NCBI GenBank assembly: GCA_963820825.1
Contig: CAWGBN010000007.1
Span: 160,001-224,000, forward strand
Length of the DNA stretch: 64,000 bases
Direction of reading: 5' to 3'
Origin: Vulcanimicrobiota bacterium
GTDB lineage: Bacteria; Vulcanimicrobiota; Vulcanimicrobiia; Vulcanimicrobiales; Vulcanimicrobiaceae
Shown here: piece after piece, positions 10,011 to 19,412 of the stretch
How the letters are laid out: every line of letters begins with the position of its first letter
Position numbering within the stretch: position 1 is the first letter of the stretch
Position numbers and translations under genes: made by a program
The notes under the pieces: generated by a model
Databases searched by the model: none
Told to the model about the DNA's origin: nothing
What the model saw: only the letters and a program-made list of their open reading frames with translations

Positions 10011-11357
10011 GTGAAGGTCGCCTGGGTGCTGATCGCCGCGATCCTCGGCTCGGCGATGACGTTCATCGATAGCACGGCGGTCAACGTCTCGCTGCCGGTG
10101 ATTCAGCACGAGTTGCACGCCACCAGCGGCCAGGCGCAGTGGGTGATCGAAGGCTACGCGCTCTTCCTCTCGGCGCTGATTCTGCTGGGCGGAGCGCTCG
10201 GCGATCTCTACGGCCGAAAGCTCGTCTTTGCCCTCGGCGTCACGCTCTTTGCCGTCGCGTCGTTGGCCTGCGCGCTGGCCGGGAGCATCGACGCGCTCAT
10301 CGCCGCGCGCTGCATTCAAGGGGTCGGCGGCGCGCTCGCGACGCCGGGAAGCCTGGCGTTGCTCAGCGCCGCGTACGACGAGCGTTCGCGCGGGCGCGCG
10401 ATCGGGCTCTGGTCGGGCTTCAGCGCGCTTACCTCGGCGCTCGGGCCGGTGATCGGCGGATGGCTGACGCAGAGCTTCTCGTGGCGTTACGTCTTTCTGA
10501 TCAACGTTCCGGTCGCGATCGCGGTCGTGCTCATGCTCGTCTTTCGCGTTCCCGAGAGCCGCGACGACTCGGCGGCGCGCCGAATAGACGTGACCGGAGC
10601 GACGCTTGCGACCGCGGGTCTGGGATTGCTGGTCTACGGATTGATCGAAATGAACGCCGCGCGCTTCTCCGCGCCGGCCCTGGCGATAACCGTCGCGGGG
10701 ATGGTCGTGCTGACGCTCTTCATTCTCTTCGAACGCCGCACTCCCGACCCGATGGTGCGCTGCGATCTCTTCGCCTCGCGCGCCTTCAGCGCGGCAAACC
10801 TCTATACGTTCTTACTCTACACCGCGATCGGCGGAAGCCTCTACTTCGTTCCTTTCGTTCTGATCAACGTGCACCGCTACTCGCCGACCGCGGCCGGCGG
10901 CGCGCTGCTGCCCTTCATCTTCATCATGGTCGTCGCTTCGCGCTGGTCGGGCGGACTCGTGGCGCGCGTCGGCGCGCGAACGCCGCTGCTCTTCGGCGCC
11001 GCGGTTGCCGGCCTGGGCTTTCTCGCCTACGCGCTGCCGGGCAGCGACGGATCGTATTGGACGACCTTCTTCCCAGCCGCGACCGTGCTCGGCATCGGCG
11101 GCGCGCTCTTCGTCGCGCCCCTGACGACGACGGTGATGAGCTCCGTCCCGGTCGAGCATTCAGGGGTGGCATCCGGAATCAACAACGCGGTCGCGCGCAC
11201 CGCCGGGCTGATCGGCATCGCTGCGCTTGGAATCGTGGTAACGAGCGCACCCTCGTATGTTGCCGGGTTCCGCGGCGCGATGGTGATCTCGGCTCTCCTG
11301 GCGTTCGCCGCCGGCGGCGTTGCCGCGCGCGGATTCGCGCGGCAGCCACGTATTTAA
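10011..11357 (+). CDS. MFS drug:H+ antiporter (DHA2/EmrB-QacA-like)
   Basis: DSTAVNVSLP, GALGDLYGRK, WRYVFLINVP; many TM helices. Confidence 0.9.
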   Translation: MKVAWVLIAAILGSAMTFIDSTAVNVSLPVIQHELHATSGQAQWVIEGYALFLSALILLGGALGDLYGRKLVFALGVTLFAVASLACALAGSIDALIAARCIQGVGGALATPGSLALLSAAYDERSRGRAIGLWSGFSALTSALGPVIGGWLTQSFSWRYVFLINVPVAIAVVLMLVFRVPESRDDSAARRIDVTGATLATAGLGLLVYGLIEMNAARFSAPALAITVAGMVVLTLFILFERRTPDPMVRCDLFASRAFSAANLYTFLLYTAIGGSLYFVPFVLINVHRYSPTAAGGALLPFIFIMVVASRWSGGLVARVGARTPLLFGAAVAGLGFLAYALPGSDGSYWTTFFPAATVLGIGGALFVAPLTTTVMSSVPVEHSGVASGINNAVARTAGLIGIAALGIVVTSAPSYVAGFRGAMVISALLAFAAGGVAARGFARQPRI

Positions 11358-11366
11358 CGCTGCGAG

Positions 11367-11435
11367 ATTCGCGCGAGCCTGTATTGGAAGAGCACGGTTA
11401 CCATCATCACCTATGACGAGAATGGTGTCCGCTAG
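11367..11435 (+). pseudogene. Orphan fragment of an AcpA-type phosphoesterase gene
   Basis: Translates to IRASLYWKSTVTIITYDENGVR*, matching the family motif W..T.IIITYDENGG; no start codon. Confidence 0.55.
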
Positions 11436-11594
11436 GAACGCGCGACGCCGCGGCAAACCCGTTCTCGAACGCGTTCACCTTTAGCTGCTAGCATCCCCAA
11501 CGCCGAGCAACGCCACCCCCGCCGACGCGAACCGGCGGGGGTTTCCTTCTGCCGCCATCCCAAGCAAGCGGCTGATCCACGCCGGGGAACGAAT

Positions 11595-13002
11595 ATGGAA
11601 AGGATGGCGAGGAGTTTCGAGCTGAGGACGTTTTGCGCGTGGCTTACGGCGGCATTCGTCGCGCTTGCGATCGCCGCTTGTAGCAGCGGCGGCGCGGGAA
11701 CGGCAATTCCGCAACCGCCGCCGCCGGGGCCGTCGCACAGAAACGGCAGCGGCGTCATCAAGCATATCGTCATCATGATTCAGGAGAACCGAAGCTTCGA
11801 CGACCTCTTCGCCACCTTCCCGAAAGCCTACGGAGCGACGCAAGGCCGCATCAAGAGCGGGAGCAGCTACACGTATGTCGCGCTTAAGGAAGTCAACTTG
11901 GCGGAGCGCTGTGATTTCGGCCACGGCTATGCCGGCTTCTTGAGAAACTACGACGGCGGCAAGATGGACGGCTTCGTTCTGAGCGGCAATAAATGCAGCG
12001 GAAACCACGACGCGGCCTATCAGTACGTCAATCCGTCACAGATCGCGTCGTACTGGACGATGGCTCAGCAGTACGTGCTTGCCGATCAAATGTTCCAAAC
12101 TCAGGGGAGCGCCAGCTTCACCGCCCACCAAGATCTCATCGCCGGCTCGACGCTCATCAACCAGCCGTCCAACACCGAGAGCATCGTCGACTATCCGACG
12201 GCCTCGCCGTGGGGCTGCGATGCGCCATCCGGCACCAAGACCTCGTACCTCCTCTGGACCGGATCGAAGATCGAGTCAAAGTACGACAAGGGGCCCTTTC
12301 CGTGCTTCACCTACCCAACGATGCGCGATCTCCTCGACGCAAAATCGGTTTCGTGGAAGTTCTACACGCCGCAGGTCAACACGCCCGGCGGGAATTTGGA
12401 ACGCCTTCGACGCGATCAAGGCCGTGCACGACGGACCGGAATGGAAGAACAACGTCATCAGCCCGGAGACCACCGTGCTCACCGACATTTCGCACGGCCG
12501 TCTGCCGGCGGTTACGTGGGTCATTCCCGACCGCAATAACTCCGACCATCCGCAGTCCCCCGCGTACCACGGTCCGTCGTGGATTGCGAGCGTCGTCAAC
12601 GCAATCGGCACAAGTTCCTACTGGAAGAGCACCGCGATCGTGATCGTCTGGGACGATTGGGGCGGCTTCTACGATAACTGGGCGCCGCCGTCATTCGATC
12701 ACTGGGGCGGCCTCGGATTCCGGGTTCCGATGATCGTGGTCTCGCCCTACGCCCGCGAGACTCAGAAAGGCACGCCCGGCTACATCTCGCATACGCAGTA
12801 CGAGTTCGGAAGCATCCTCAAGTTCGTCGAGGAGACCTTTAATCTCGGGTCGCTGCATACGACCGACGCGCGCGCCACGAGCATCTCCGATTGCTTCGAC
12901 TTCTCGCAATCACCGCGCAAATTCCAACAGATTCCGTCGAGCCGGTCGAAGGACTTCTTCTTGCACGAGCGGCCTTCCGGGCTGCCGGTCGATCCCGAGT
13001 AG
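11595..13002 (+). CDS. Phosphoesterase/phospholipase C (alkaline phosphatase superfamily) lipoprotein, frameshift near 12390
   Basis: Lipobox IAAC; IKHIVIMIQENRSFD, SFTAHQ, WDDWGGFYD, GFRVPMIVVSPY. Confidence 0.88.
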
Positions 13003-13013
13003 CGCCTCGCGCG

Positions 13014-13688
13014 TCACGACGCTTCGAAGCGGCGGATCGCGTCGAGGGAGTCGAGTGCCGTCGTTAGGCTTCGACCGGCAATCGCATCGGCCAGCGGGCG
13101 CATCTGCTTCGAGCTTTCGAACCAACGGCGATACCGCCGGGCAACGAAGACTGCTGCGGGTATGACGGCGATGCCGAAGAGCAGATTCGCGGCGAGCCAA
13201 GCCGTTCCGGCCGCATAGACGTCGACGCCGAAGATCCCGCGCAAGCCGACGATCAGCAGCGGAACCCACATCAGCGGGGCGAAGAGCAGCGTGGCCAGCG
13301 TAGTTCGTACGCGCAGCAGGCGCAGCTGCTCGAGCCGCTTTTGGATAGCAACGACGGGCTCGTCGTAGTCGAGGCTGCGAACCGCGGCGAGTTGGCGCGC
13401 CCCGGCGACGATCAAGGCGATTGCGTAGCAATCGAGCATCGCCGCCGGAATGAGGAAGCGCGGCTCGTGCAGATGCGCGCTCGCGAAGAGGCCGATCAGC
13501 ACGACGCCGATCGCATTAACGATCAGTTCGAAGGCGATCTCTCGTGCCATCCAGCTCAACGCGGTATCCGTCTTGCGAAGGTTCCACTGCGCGAGCAGCG
13601 TCGTATTGAGGCGCGTACTCGCCTCGAGTCTGCGATTGCTCTCGGCCCAGAGGCTCTTGATCTCGTCGATCTCCATCTCGTTCTCCAT
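13014..13688 (-). CDS. Membrane protein, putative anti-sigma partner of the adjacent ECF sigma
   Basis: MEIDEIKSLW start; about 4 TM segments; 2 nt downstream of the sigma gene. Confidence 0.7.
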   Translation of the reverse strand: MENEMEIDEIKSLWAESNRRLEASTRLNTTLLAQWNLRKTDTALSWMAREIAFELIVNAIGVVLIGLFASAHLHEPRFLIPAAMLDCYAIALIVAGARQLAAVRSLDYDEPVVAIQKRLEQLRLLRVRTTLATLLFAPLMWVPLLIVGLRGIFGVDVYAAGTAWLAANLLFGIAVIPAAVFVARRYRRWFESSKQMRPLADAIAGRSLTTALDSLDAIRRFEAS

Positions 13689-13690
13689 TT

Positions 13691-14200
13691 CTATCTATGC
13701 CCGGCGGCGATTGTGCGTTTCAGTCGTTCTTTGATGCGCCCGATCTTCGTTGCGACGTTCGTCTCCGAGATGCCGAGAATGGCGGCGATCTCGGCATGCG
13801 GATGGTCGTCGAGATAGAGCAGCATCAGTGCGCGGTCGAGGGGAGCGAGCCCGTCGATGAGCTCGTGCAACCGCTCGAGCCGCTCGTCGCTCGCGGGTTC
13901 GCCGGCTGCCGGAATCTGCTCGAGGACGTCCGCTTGCGCCGGTATCACGCTATCCCGTCTGCGCGCGTCGCGACGCACGAACGCGATCGCCACGTTCATC
14001 ACGACGCGATACATCCACGTCGAGAAGCTCGAGCGCGCGTCGAAGCGCGCGAAGGCGCTCCAGAGTTGCGCAACCATCTCCGCAATCAAATCTTCGCGGT
14101 CGCTCTCGTTGCGGGCGTATGCGTTGGCAACCCGGAACAGGATTCCCCGATGCCGGTCTATCAGTTCGACGAACGTGTCGTGCGAGGCAACCCTGCTCAT
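13691..14200 (-). CDS. ECF RNA polymerase sigma factor
   Basis: DREDLIAE, FSTWMYRV, LLYLDDHPHAEIAAILGISETNVATKIGRIK. Confidence 0.92.
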   Translation of the reverse strand: MSRVASHDTFVELIDRHRGILFRVANAYARNESDREDLIAEMVAQLWSAFARFDARSSFSTWMYRVVMNVAIAFVRRDARRRDSVIPAQADVLEQIPAAGEPASDERLERLHELIDGLAPLDRALMLLYLDDHPHAEIAAILGISETNVATKIGRIKERLKRTIAAGHR

Positions 14201-14207
14201 TTCAACC

Positions 14208-14240
14208 CGTTAGTCGCTCGGCGCCGCGAAAAAATCACAC
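14208..14240 (-). promoter_or_regulatory. Possible ECF autoregulatory promoter (GTGATTTTT...CGACTA)
   Basis: Bipartite motif ending about 10 nt before the sigma ATG; single copy seen. Confidence 0.4.
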
Positions 14241-14295
14241 CCCGACCTCGTCTCTCCCAGGGCGCTTACCCTCCTTACCGAAAGGGGGGCGTCGC

Positions 14296-15240
14296 ATGAG
14301 AAGGCCGTTCCACGCAACGATCGCCGCCGCCGCGTTCCTCGCCGGCTGCGGCCTGCCCGCGCAGCTTGGATCGCCGCCGCTTGGCGCGCGCGCCGCGGCC
14401 TCCTGGATGAGCGCAGATGCCAAGACGCAGGATCTGCTCTACATTTCCGACGTCGGCACCAACGAAGTCTATGTCTACTCCTATCCCAAGGGCCGCCGCG
14501 TCGGGACGCTGCAAGGCTTCTCGTCCCCCGTGCGGGTCTGCTCCGATCGCGCCGGCGACGTCTTCGTCACCAACACCGGCGCGCAGCAGATTCTCGAGTA
14601 CGCGCACGGTGGAAAGAGTCCGATTGCTACGTACGACGACCACGGATTTCTGCCGGTCGATTGTTCGGTAGACCCGGTCAGCGGCACGCTGGCGGTAACG
14701 AACTACGGGCCGAACGGATCGAACACCGGGAGCGTGGCGATCTACGCGCACGGCAAGACCTCGCCGAAGATCTATCGCGCGGCCAACGTGCAGGCCTACC
14801 TCTTCTGCACCTACGACGGTGCGGGAAATCTCTTCGTCAACGGGCTGAACTCATCGTACGATCCGGCCTTCATCGAGAAGCCCAAAGGCGTGAAAACGTT
14901 CGAGCGGATCGTGCTCGATAAGCAGCTTCCCGGTTGGGGCGGCGTTCAGTGGGATGGAAAGTACGTCGCGCTCGGCGACGGAATCTCGACGATCTACGAC
15001 TTCGCGATCGCCGGCACGAAGGGCAAGCACGTCAAGACGATTCATTTGCGTAAGGCGGTCAACCTCGTGCAGTTTTGGATCGACGGTTCGACGCTCGTCG
15101 CGCCCGACGGACCGAACGGGGCGCAGCACGACGCGGGCCTCTGGCAGTATCCGGGCGGCGGCTCCCCGATCAAAACCATCGGCGGCAGCTTCAAGAATCC
15201 CAGCGGCGCGACGATCAGCCTCGGCGGGAAGAGCCGATGA
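14296..15240 (+). CDS. Lipoprotein, NHL-like beta-propeller
   Basis: Lipobox LAGC; LLYISD..VYVYSYP.G, CSVDPVSGTLAV, GGVQWDGKY. Confidence 0.8.
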   Translation: MRRPFHATIAAAAFLAGCGLPAQLGSPPLGARAAASWMSADAKTQDLLYISDVGTNEVYVYSYPKGRRVGTLQGFSSPVRVCSDRAGDVFVTNTGAQQILEYAHGGKSPIATYDDHGFLPVDCSVDPVSGTLAVTNYGPNGSNTGSVAIYAHGKTSPKIYRAANVQAYLFCTYDGAGNLFVNGLNSSYDPAFIEKPKGVKTFERIVLDKQLPGWGGVQWDGKYVALGDGISTIYDFAIAGTKGKHVKTIHLRKAVNLVQFWIDGSTLVAPDGPNGAQHDAGLWQYPGGGSPIKTIGGSFKNPSGATISLGGKSR

Positions 15241-16031
15241 GGATTCCCTTCTATCACGTTGACGCGTTCACGCAAACGCCGTTCGGCGGAAATCCCGCTG
15301 GAGTCTGCGTGCTCGAGCAACCGCTCGAAGAACGCACGATGCAGGCCATCGCCGGCGAGATGAATCTCCCGGCCACGGCCTTCTTTGCGGCCGGCGGCGG
15401 CGAGGCTACGCTGCGGTGGTTCGCGCCCGGGGGCGAGTTAGAGTTGTGCGGTCATGGGACGCTGGCCACGGGATACGTCGTTCTGAACGTTTTACAGCGC
15501 GATCGCTCGAGCGTTCGGTTCGCAACGCGCACCGGACCGGTTGAAGTGCGACGCGAGGGCGAGCGCCTCGCCCTCGATTTTCCGGCAATGCGTCCGGAGC
15601 GCGAGCACGATCCGAGTCTCGTTGCGCCGGCGCTCGGCCTTCGGCCCTCCGAGCTCTGGGAAGCCGCGGGCGGGCGCGGCATGGCGGTTCTCGACGACGC
15701 GACCGAAGTTCGGGAGCTTCGACCCGACGTCGCGGCGATCGCGGCGCTGCAGTTTTCGGCGCTGATCGTCACCGCTCGCGGATTCGAGGGCGACTGCGAT
15801 TTCGTCTCGCGATACTTCGTTCCCAAACACGGAATCGCCGAAGATTATGTCACCGGCTCGGCGCATTGCGTGCTGACCCCCTACTGGTCGGGCATGCTCG
15901 GCAATGCCAGACTCTTCGCACGCCAACTCTCCGCGCGCGACGGCGAGTTATGGGTCGAATACCGCGGCGAACGCGTTACCATCGCCGGCGAGTGCCTCCC
16001 GTTCGGCGAGGGAACGCTGACGCTTCCTTAG
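15237..16031 (+). CDS. PhzF family epimerase/isomerase
   Basis: VDAFT..PFGGNPAGV, ELCGHGTLA, EDYVTGSAH; ATGA overlap with the upstream gene. Confidence 0.92.
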   Translation: MRIPFYHVDAFTQTPFGGNPAGVCVLEQPLEERTMQAIAGEMNLPATAFFAAGGGEATLRWFAPGGELELCGHGTLATGYVVLNVLQRDRSSVRFATRTGPVEVRREGERLALDFPAMRPEREHDPSLVAPALGLRPSELWEAAGGRGMAVLDDATEVRELRPDVAAIAALQFSALIVTARGFEGDCDFVSRYFVPKHGIAEDYVTGSAHCVLTPYWSGMLGNARLFARQLSARDGELWVEYRGERVTIAGECLPFGEGTLTLP

Positions 16032-16750
16032 TGCTGCTTGACCCCCGAGTCCTTGAGCAGCTTTAAGCCCACGACGTCGTTGCTGTAGACGCTTCGGTAC
16101 GGGATATGCGTCCGCGTATCGGTGACGATTACGGCGAGCTTCGCCGCCGGATCGTAGACGATGTTCTGCTTCGACTTGGCTTTGAGATACGTGCCGCCTT
16201 GCTGGTCGAGCGTACCGTCGGCCTCGACGAGCAGTAACGACGCCGCGCTCTTGATCGGTCCTTTGCCCGTAAACTGATAGGAACAGAGCCAATTATTCGG
16301 CGCTCCGGCGAACCCCGTCGCGCCCGGGATGATCGCCGCGTAGGCCTTATAGCTGCGCGACCAGCTCGAGGTTCCAGCGGTGTTGAGCGCCTTGAAGACG
16401 CCGATCGCCAGCAGCGGAAAGATCGTGAGCTGCATCGGCGATATTGCGTACGGCGCCTGCGAGCACATCACGTTGCCGTTGAGATGCACCTCGCACGTGT
16501 TCGTCGCGCGCGGACGCACCGTGTTCCACCAGTGATCCGTTCCGCTGATCTTCAGACCGCCGTCTTTGGTGGGATATGAAATGTCGATGGTCGTCGTACC
16601 GGTGCCTTGCCCGGAACTCGCCGCCGGCGTATTGTATCCAAATTGATAGACCAGATGGCGCGTGTACTTCACCGCCGTCTGCGGTGCGGCCGCCGGCGTT
16701 TGAGCGCTCAGCACGAAAATCGCCGTGACGAGCAAACCGATGCGTTTCAC
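16028..16750 (-). CDS. Secreted hypothetical protein
   Basis: Signal peptide MKRIGLLVTAIFVLSAQ; GGAGGG RBS. Confidence 0.65.
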   Translation of the reverse strand: MKRIGLLVTAIFVLSAQTPAAAPQTAVKYTRHLVYQFGYNTPAASSGQGTGTTTIDISYPTKDGGLKISGTDHWWNTVRPRATNTCEVHLNGNVMCSQAPYAISPMQLTIFPLLAIGVFKALNTAGTSSWSRSYKAYAAIIPGATGFAGAPNNWLCSYQFTGKGPIKSAASLLLVEADGTLDQQGGTYLKAKSKQNIVYDPAAKLAVIVTDTRTHIPYRSVYSNDVVGLKLLKDSGVKQH

Positions 16751-16818
16751 GTTTCTTCTACCCTCCTAAGTTGGGTCGAGTCATTCGCCGACCGCCCGCT
16801 CGCCAACTGCTCGCCCTC

Positions 16819-17985
16819 CTAGGCCCGCAGGACCGGGAGTGCGCGTTCGAGGTCGGCGATGAGGTCGCTGGCGGACTCGAGCCCAATGCTCAAACGCACG
16901 AGACGGTGATCGTATGACGGCCGCTCCGGCGCGGAGCGCATCGTGTACGCGACGGCGAGGCTCGTCGTACCGGCCCAGCTATAGCCGATCTCGAAGAGCT
17001 CCAGCGCGTCGACGAAGGCGCAGACCTGCTCGCGCGTCGGTCCGGGGCGCAAGACGATCGAAAAGACGCCCGACGAACCCGTGAAGTCGCGCCGCCAGAA
17101 CTCGTGGCCGGGACATGAGGGCAGCGCCGGATGGAGCACGCGCTCGACCTCGGGACGGGTTTCGAGCCGGCGCGCGATCTCCAGCGCCGAGGTCTCGACG
17201 GCGCCGAGGCGCACCGCGAGAGTCTGCAGGCCCCGCAGCGCGAGGCTGCAGTCGTCGGGCGAAACGGCGCAACCCACGACCTGGCGCGCCGCTCCGATTT
17301 TTTGGTAGAGCGCTTCGTCTCGAACGGTGATCGAGCCGAGCAGCAAATCGCTATGGCCGCCGACGTACTTGGTCAGCGCCTGCATCGTTACGTCCACGCC
17401 GTGCCCGAACGCATCGAAGAAGAGCCCGGCCGACCAAGTGTTATCGAGGACGACGATAGCGCCGCGAGCGTGTGCCGCAGCGGCGATTGCCGGAACGTCC
17501 TGCACCTCCATGGTCACCGACCCCGGACTCTCGACCCAGACCAGACGCGTCTTCGGCCGGATGAGATCGCCGATGCCGGCGCCGGCGAGCGGATCGTAAA
17601 AGGTCGTCTCGATGCCGAACCGCGCGAGCAGGGAGATCGCGAGCAGCCGATTCGGATGGTAGACACTGCGCGGCACGAGTATATGGTTGCCCTGTTCGAG
17701 CAGCGCCAGATCGATCAGCGAGATTGCCGATTGGCCCCCGGGCGTGAGGATGGTTCGCCCGCCGCCCTCGAGCGCTGCAATGCGCGCGGCCAGCTCGAGC
17801 GCGGTCGGCGTACCGTAAAGGCCGTAGGTGTAGCCCACGCGCTCTTGATCCCATCGGTCGTTCACGGCTTGCGCCGACGCAAATAACGTCGTCGAACCAC
17901 GATAGACGGGTACCGCGAGCGAGCGGTAGCCTTCGGGCACGCGAATGTCGGGATGAATCAGTTGCGTCTTCCACGATCTGCTCAT
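16819..17985 (-). CDS. metC: Cystathionine beta-lyase
   Basis: YGLYGTPT, ESPGS.TMEVQD, DNTWS, ALTKYVGGHSD (PLP Lys), IGYSWAG, RLSIGLE. Confidence 0.88.
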   Translation of the reverse strand: MSRSWKTQLIHPDIRVPEGYRSLAVPVYRGSTTLFASAQAVNDRWDQERVGYTYGLYGTPTALELAARIAALEGGGRTILTPGGQSAISLIDLALLEQGNHILVPRSVYHPNRLLAISLLARFGIETTFYDPLAGAGIGDLIRPKTRLVWVESPGSVTMEVQDVPAIAAAAHARGAIVVLDNTWSAGLFFDAFGHGVDVTMQALTKYVGGHSDLLLGSITVRDEALYQKIGAARQVVGCAVSPDDCSLALRGLQTLAVRLGAVETSALEIARRLETRPEVERVLHPALPSCPGHEFWRRDFTGSSGVFSIVLRPGPTREQVCAFVDALELFEIGYSWAGTTSLAVAYTMRSAPERPSYDHRLVRLSIGLESASDLIADLERALPVLRA

Positions 17986-18041
17986 GGCGCCGTCTTTATT
18001 CCGCCGAGGGTGCAAGCCTTTCACCGCCGTACTCATGTTGC

Positions 18042-18542
18042 GTGAAGGTGTATTTCTTACGTCACGGCATCGCCGTCGAGCCCGACGCGTGGAACGGCTC
18101 CGATTTCGATCGGCCGTTGACGCAAGAGGGCCACCACCGCATGGAGCGGGAGGCAAACGCGATCGACGAGCTTTCGCTCGGCCTCGATTGCATCGTCACG
18201 AGTCCGCTCCTTCGCGCAAAACAGACCGCTGCGATCGTCGCCGCGCAGCTGGACATGCGTGCGAAGGTCGTCGAAGACCCGCGCCTTGGCGGCGGCTTCA
18301 ATCTGACGGCGCTCGGGGCGATTGTGTCCTCGCATGCCGACGCGAGCGCGATGATGCTCGTCGGCCACGAACCGTCGATGAGCGCGGTAATCGGCGATGC
18401 GATCGGAGGCGCGAGCGTCGAGCTCAAGAAAGCGGCGCTCGCCGCGATCGAGCTCCCCGACCGCGCCTCGCCGAGCGGTACGCTGCTCTTCTTAATCCCG
18501 CCGAAGGCGCTCGTTGCGCTCGGAAAGCGCCGGCGCTCGTAG
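18042..18542 (+). CDS. sixA: Phosphohistidine phosphatase SixA family
   Basis: RHG, RPLT.EG, SPLLRAKQT, LVGHEP. Confidence 0.85.
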   Translation: MKVYFLRHGIAVEPDAWNGSDFDRPLTQEGHHRMEREANAIDELSLGLDCIVTSPLLRAKQTAAIVAAQLDMRAKVVEDPRLGGGFNLTALGAIVSSHADASAMMLVGHEPSMSAVIGDAIGGASVELKKAALAAIELPDRASPSGTLLFLIPPKALVALGKRRRS

Positions 18543-18554
18543 CAGTAGAAGGAT

Positions 18555-19412
18555 TCAGGCGCGGGCCGGCCGCAGCCACGCCGGGGCTACGATCAGCGAC
18601 CGGCGCCTCGCGGCGACGAGCAGCATCACGGCCGCAATGCAACACGTGAGCACCGCTGCGACGCCCGCCTCAGGCCCGAACGCGCCGCCCGTGACGATCG
18701 GGGGCCCCGTAACCCGTGCCGTCAACACGCTTGCGTGCAGGGCCGCGCCGGAGACTTGCGTCCCGTAAACCGGTCCCTCGCAGAAGTTCCACGCGAAGTG
18801 CAGTCCAATGGGCAACCAGAGATTGCGGGTGACGACGAATGCGGCGCCGAGCAAGATGCCGGCCTCGAGTGCGATTGCAAGCGATGAGACCCACGTGGCG
18901 CCCGGATTGCCCGCGTGCACGAGGCCAAAAATCGCCGCGGAGACGGCAAGCGCGATCCAGGTGCCGGCCCACTCCTGAATCAAGCGAAAGAGTACGCCGC
19001 GAAAGAGCAGCTCTTCGCCGATAGCCCCGCCGATCAGCAACAACACTACGGGCATGAGACTCCATGCCGGATGCACCCCTACGATACGATAGAAGCCGCC
19101 CAACGCCAGTTCGGCCACGACCAGCGAGAAGAGCACGCCGCCGAGCAACGCGCCGAGAAACAGGTCGCGCAGCGCATGCGCCGGAGCGAATCCGATCTCG
19201 GCCGGCCGCTTCCCGGCAAAGATGCGTTCGACCGCAATCATCACCGCCGCCAATACGATCGCGATCGCCCAAGAGACCGCGACGCTGCGCCAATGACTCC
19301 CGGAAGGATGCACGGTGAGGATCACCGGCGCGATCAACGCGGCGAATAATATCACGATCGAAGCGAGGCGAACGAGCGGAAAGGCCGCTACGCGCCGCAA
19401 TCGGCTCTTCAT
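18555..19412 (-). CDS. CPBP (CAAX/Abi) intramembrane metalloprotease
   Basis: EELLFRG, FGLVH, HFAWN motifs. Confidence 0.9.
   Translation of the reverse strand: MKSRLRRVAAFPLVRLASIVILFAALIAPVILTVHPSGSHWRSVAVSWAIAIVLAAVMIAVERIFAGKRPAEIGFAPAHALRDLFLGALLGGVLFSLVVAELALGGFYRIVGVHPAWSLMPVVLLLIGGAIGEELLFRGVLFRLIQEWAGTWIALAVSAAIFGLVHAGNPGATWVSSLAIALEAGILLGAAFVVTRNLWLPIGLHFAWNFCEGPVYGTQVSGAALHASVLTARVTGPPIVTGGAFGPEAGVAAVLTCCIAAVMLLVAARRRSLIVAPAWLRPARA

Noticed and set aside
15237..16031. Phenazine biosynthesis cluster
   Set aside because: Lone PhzF-family gene with no other phz genes
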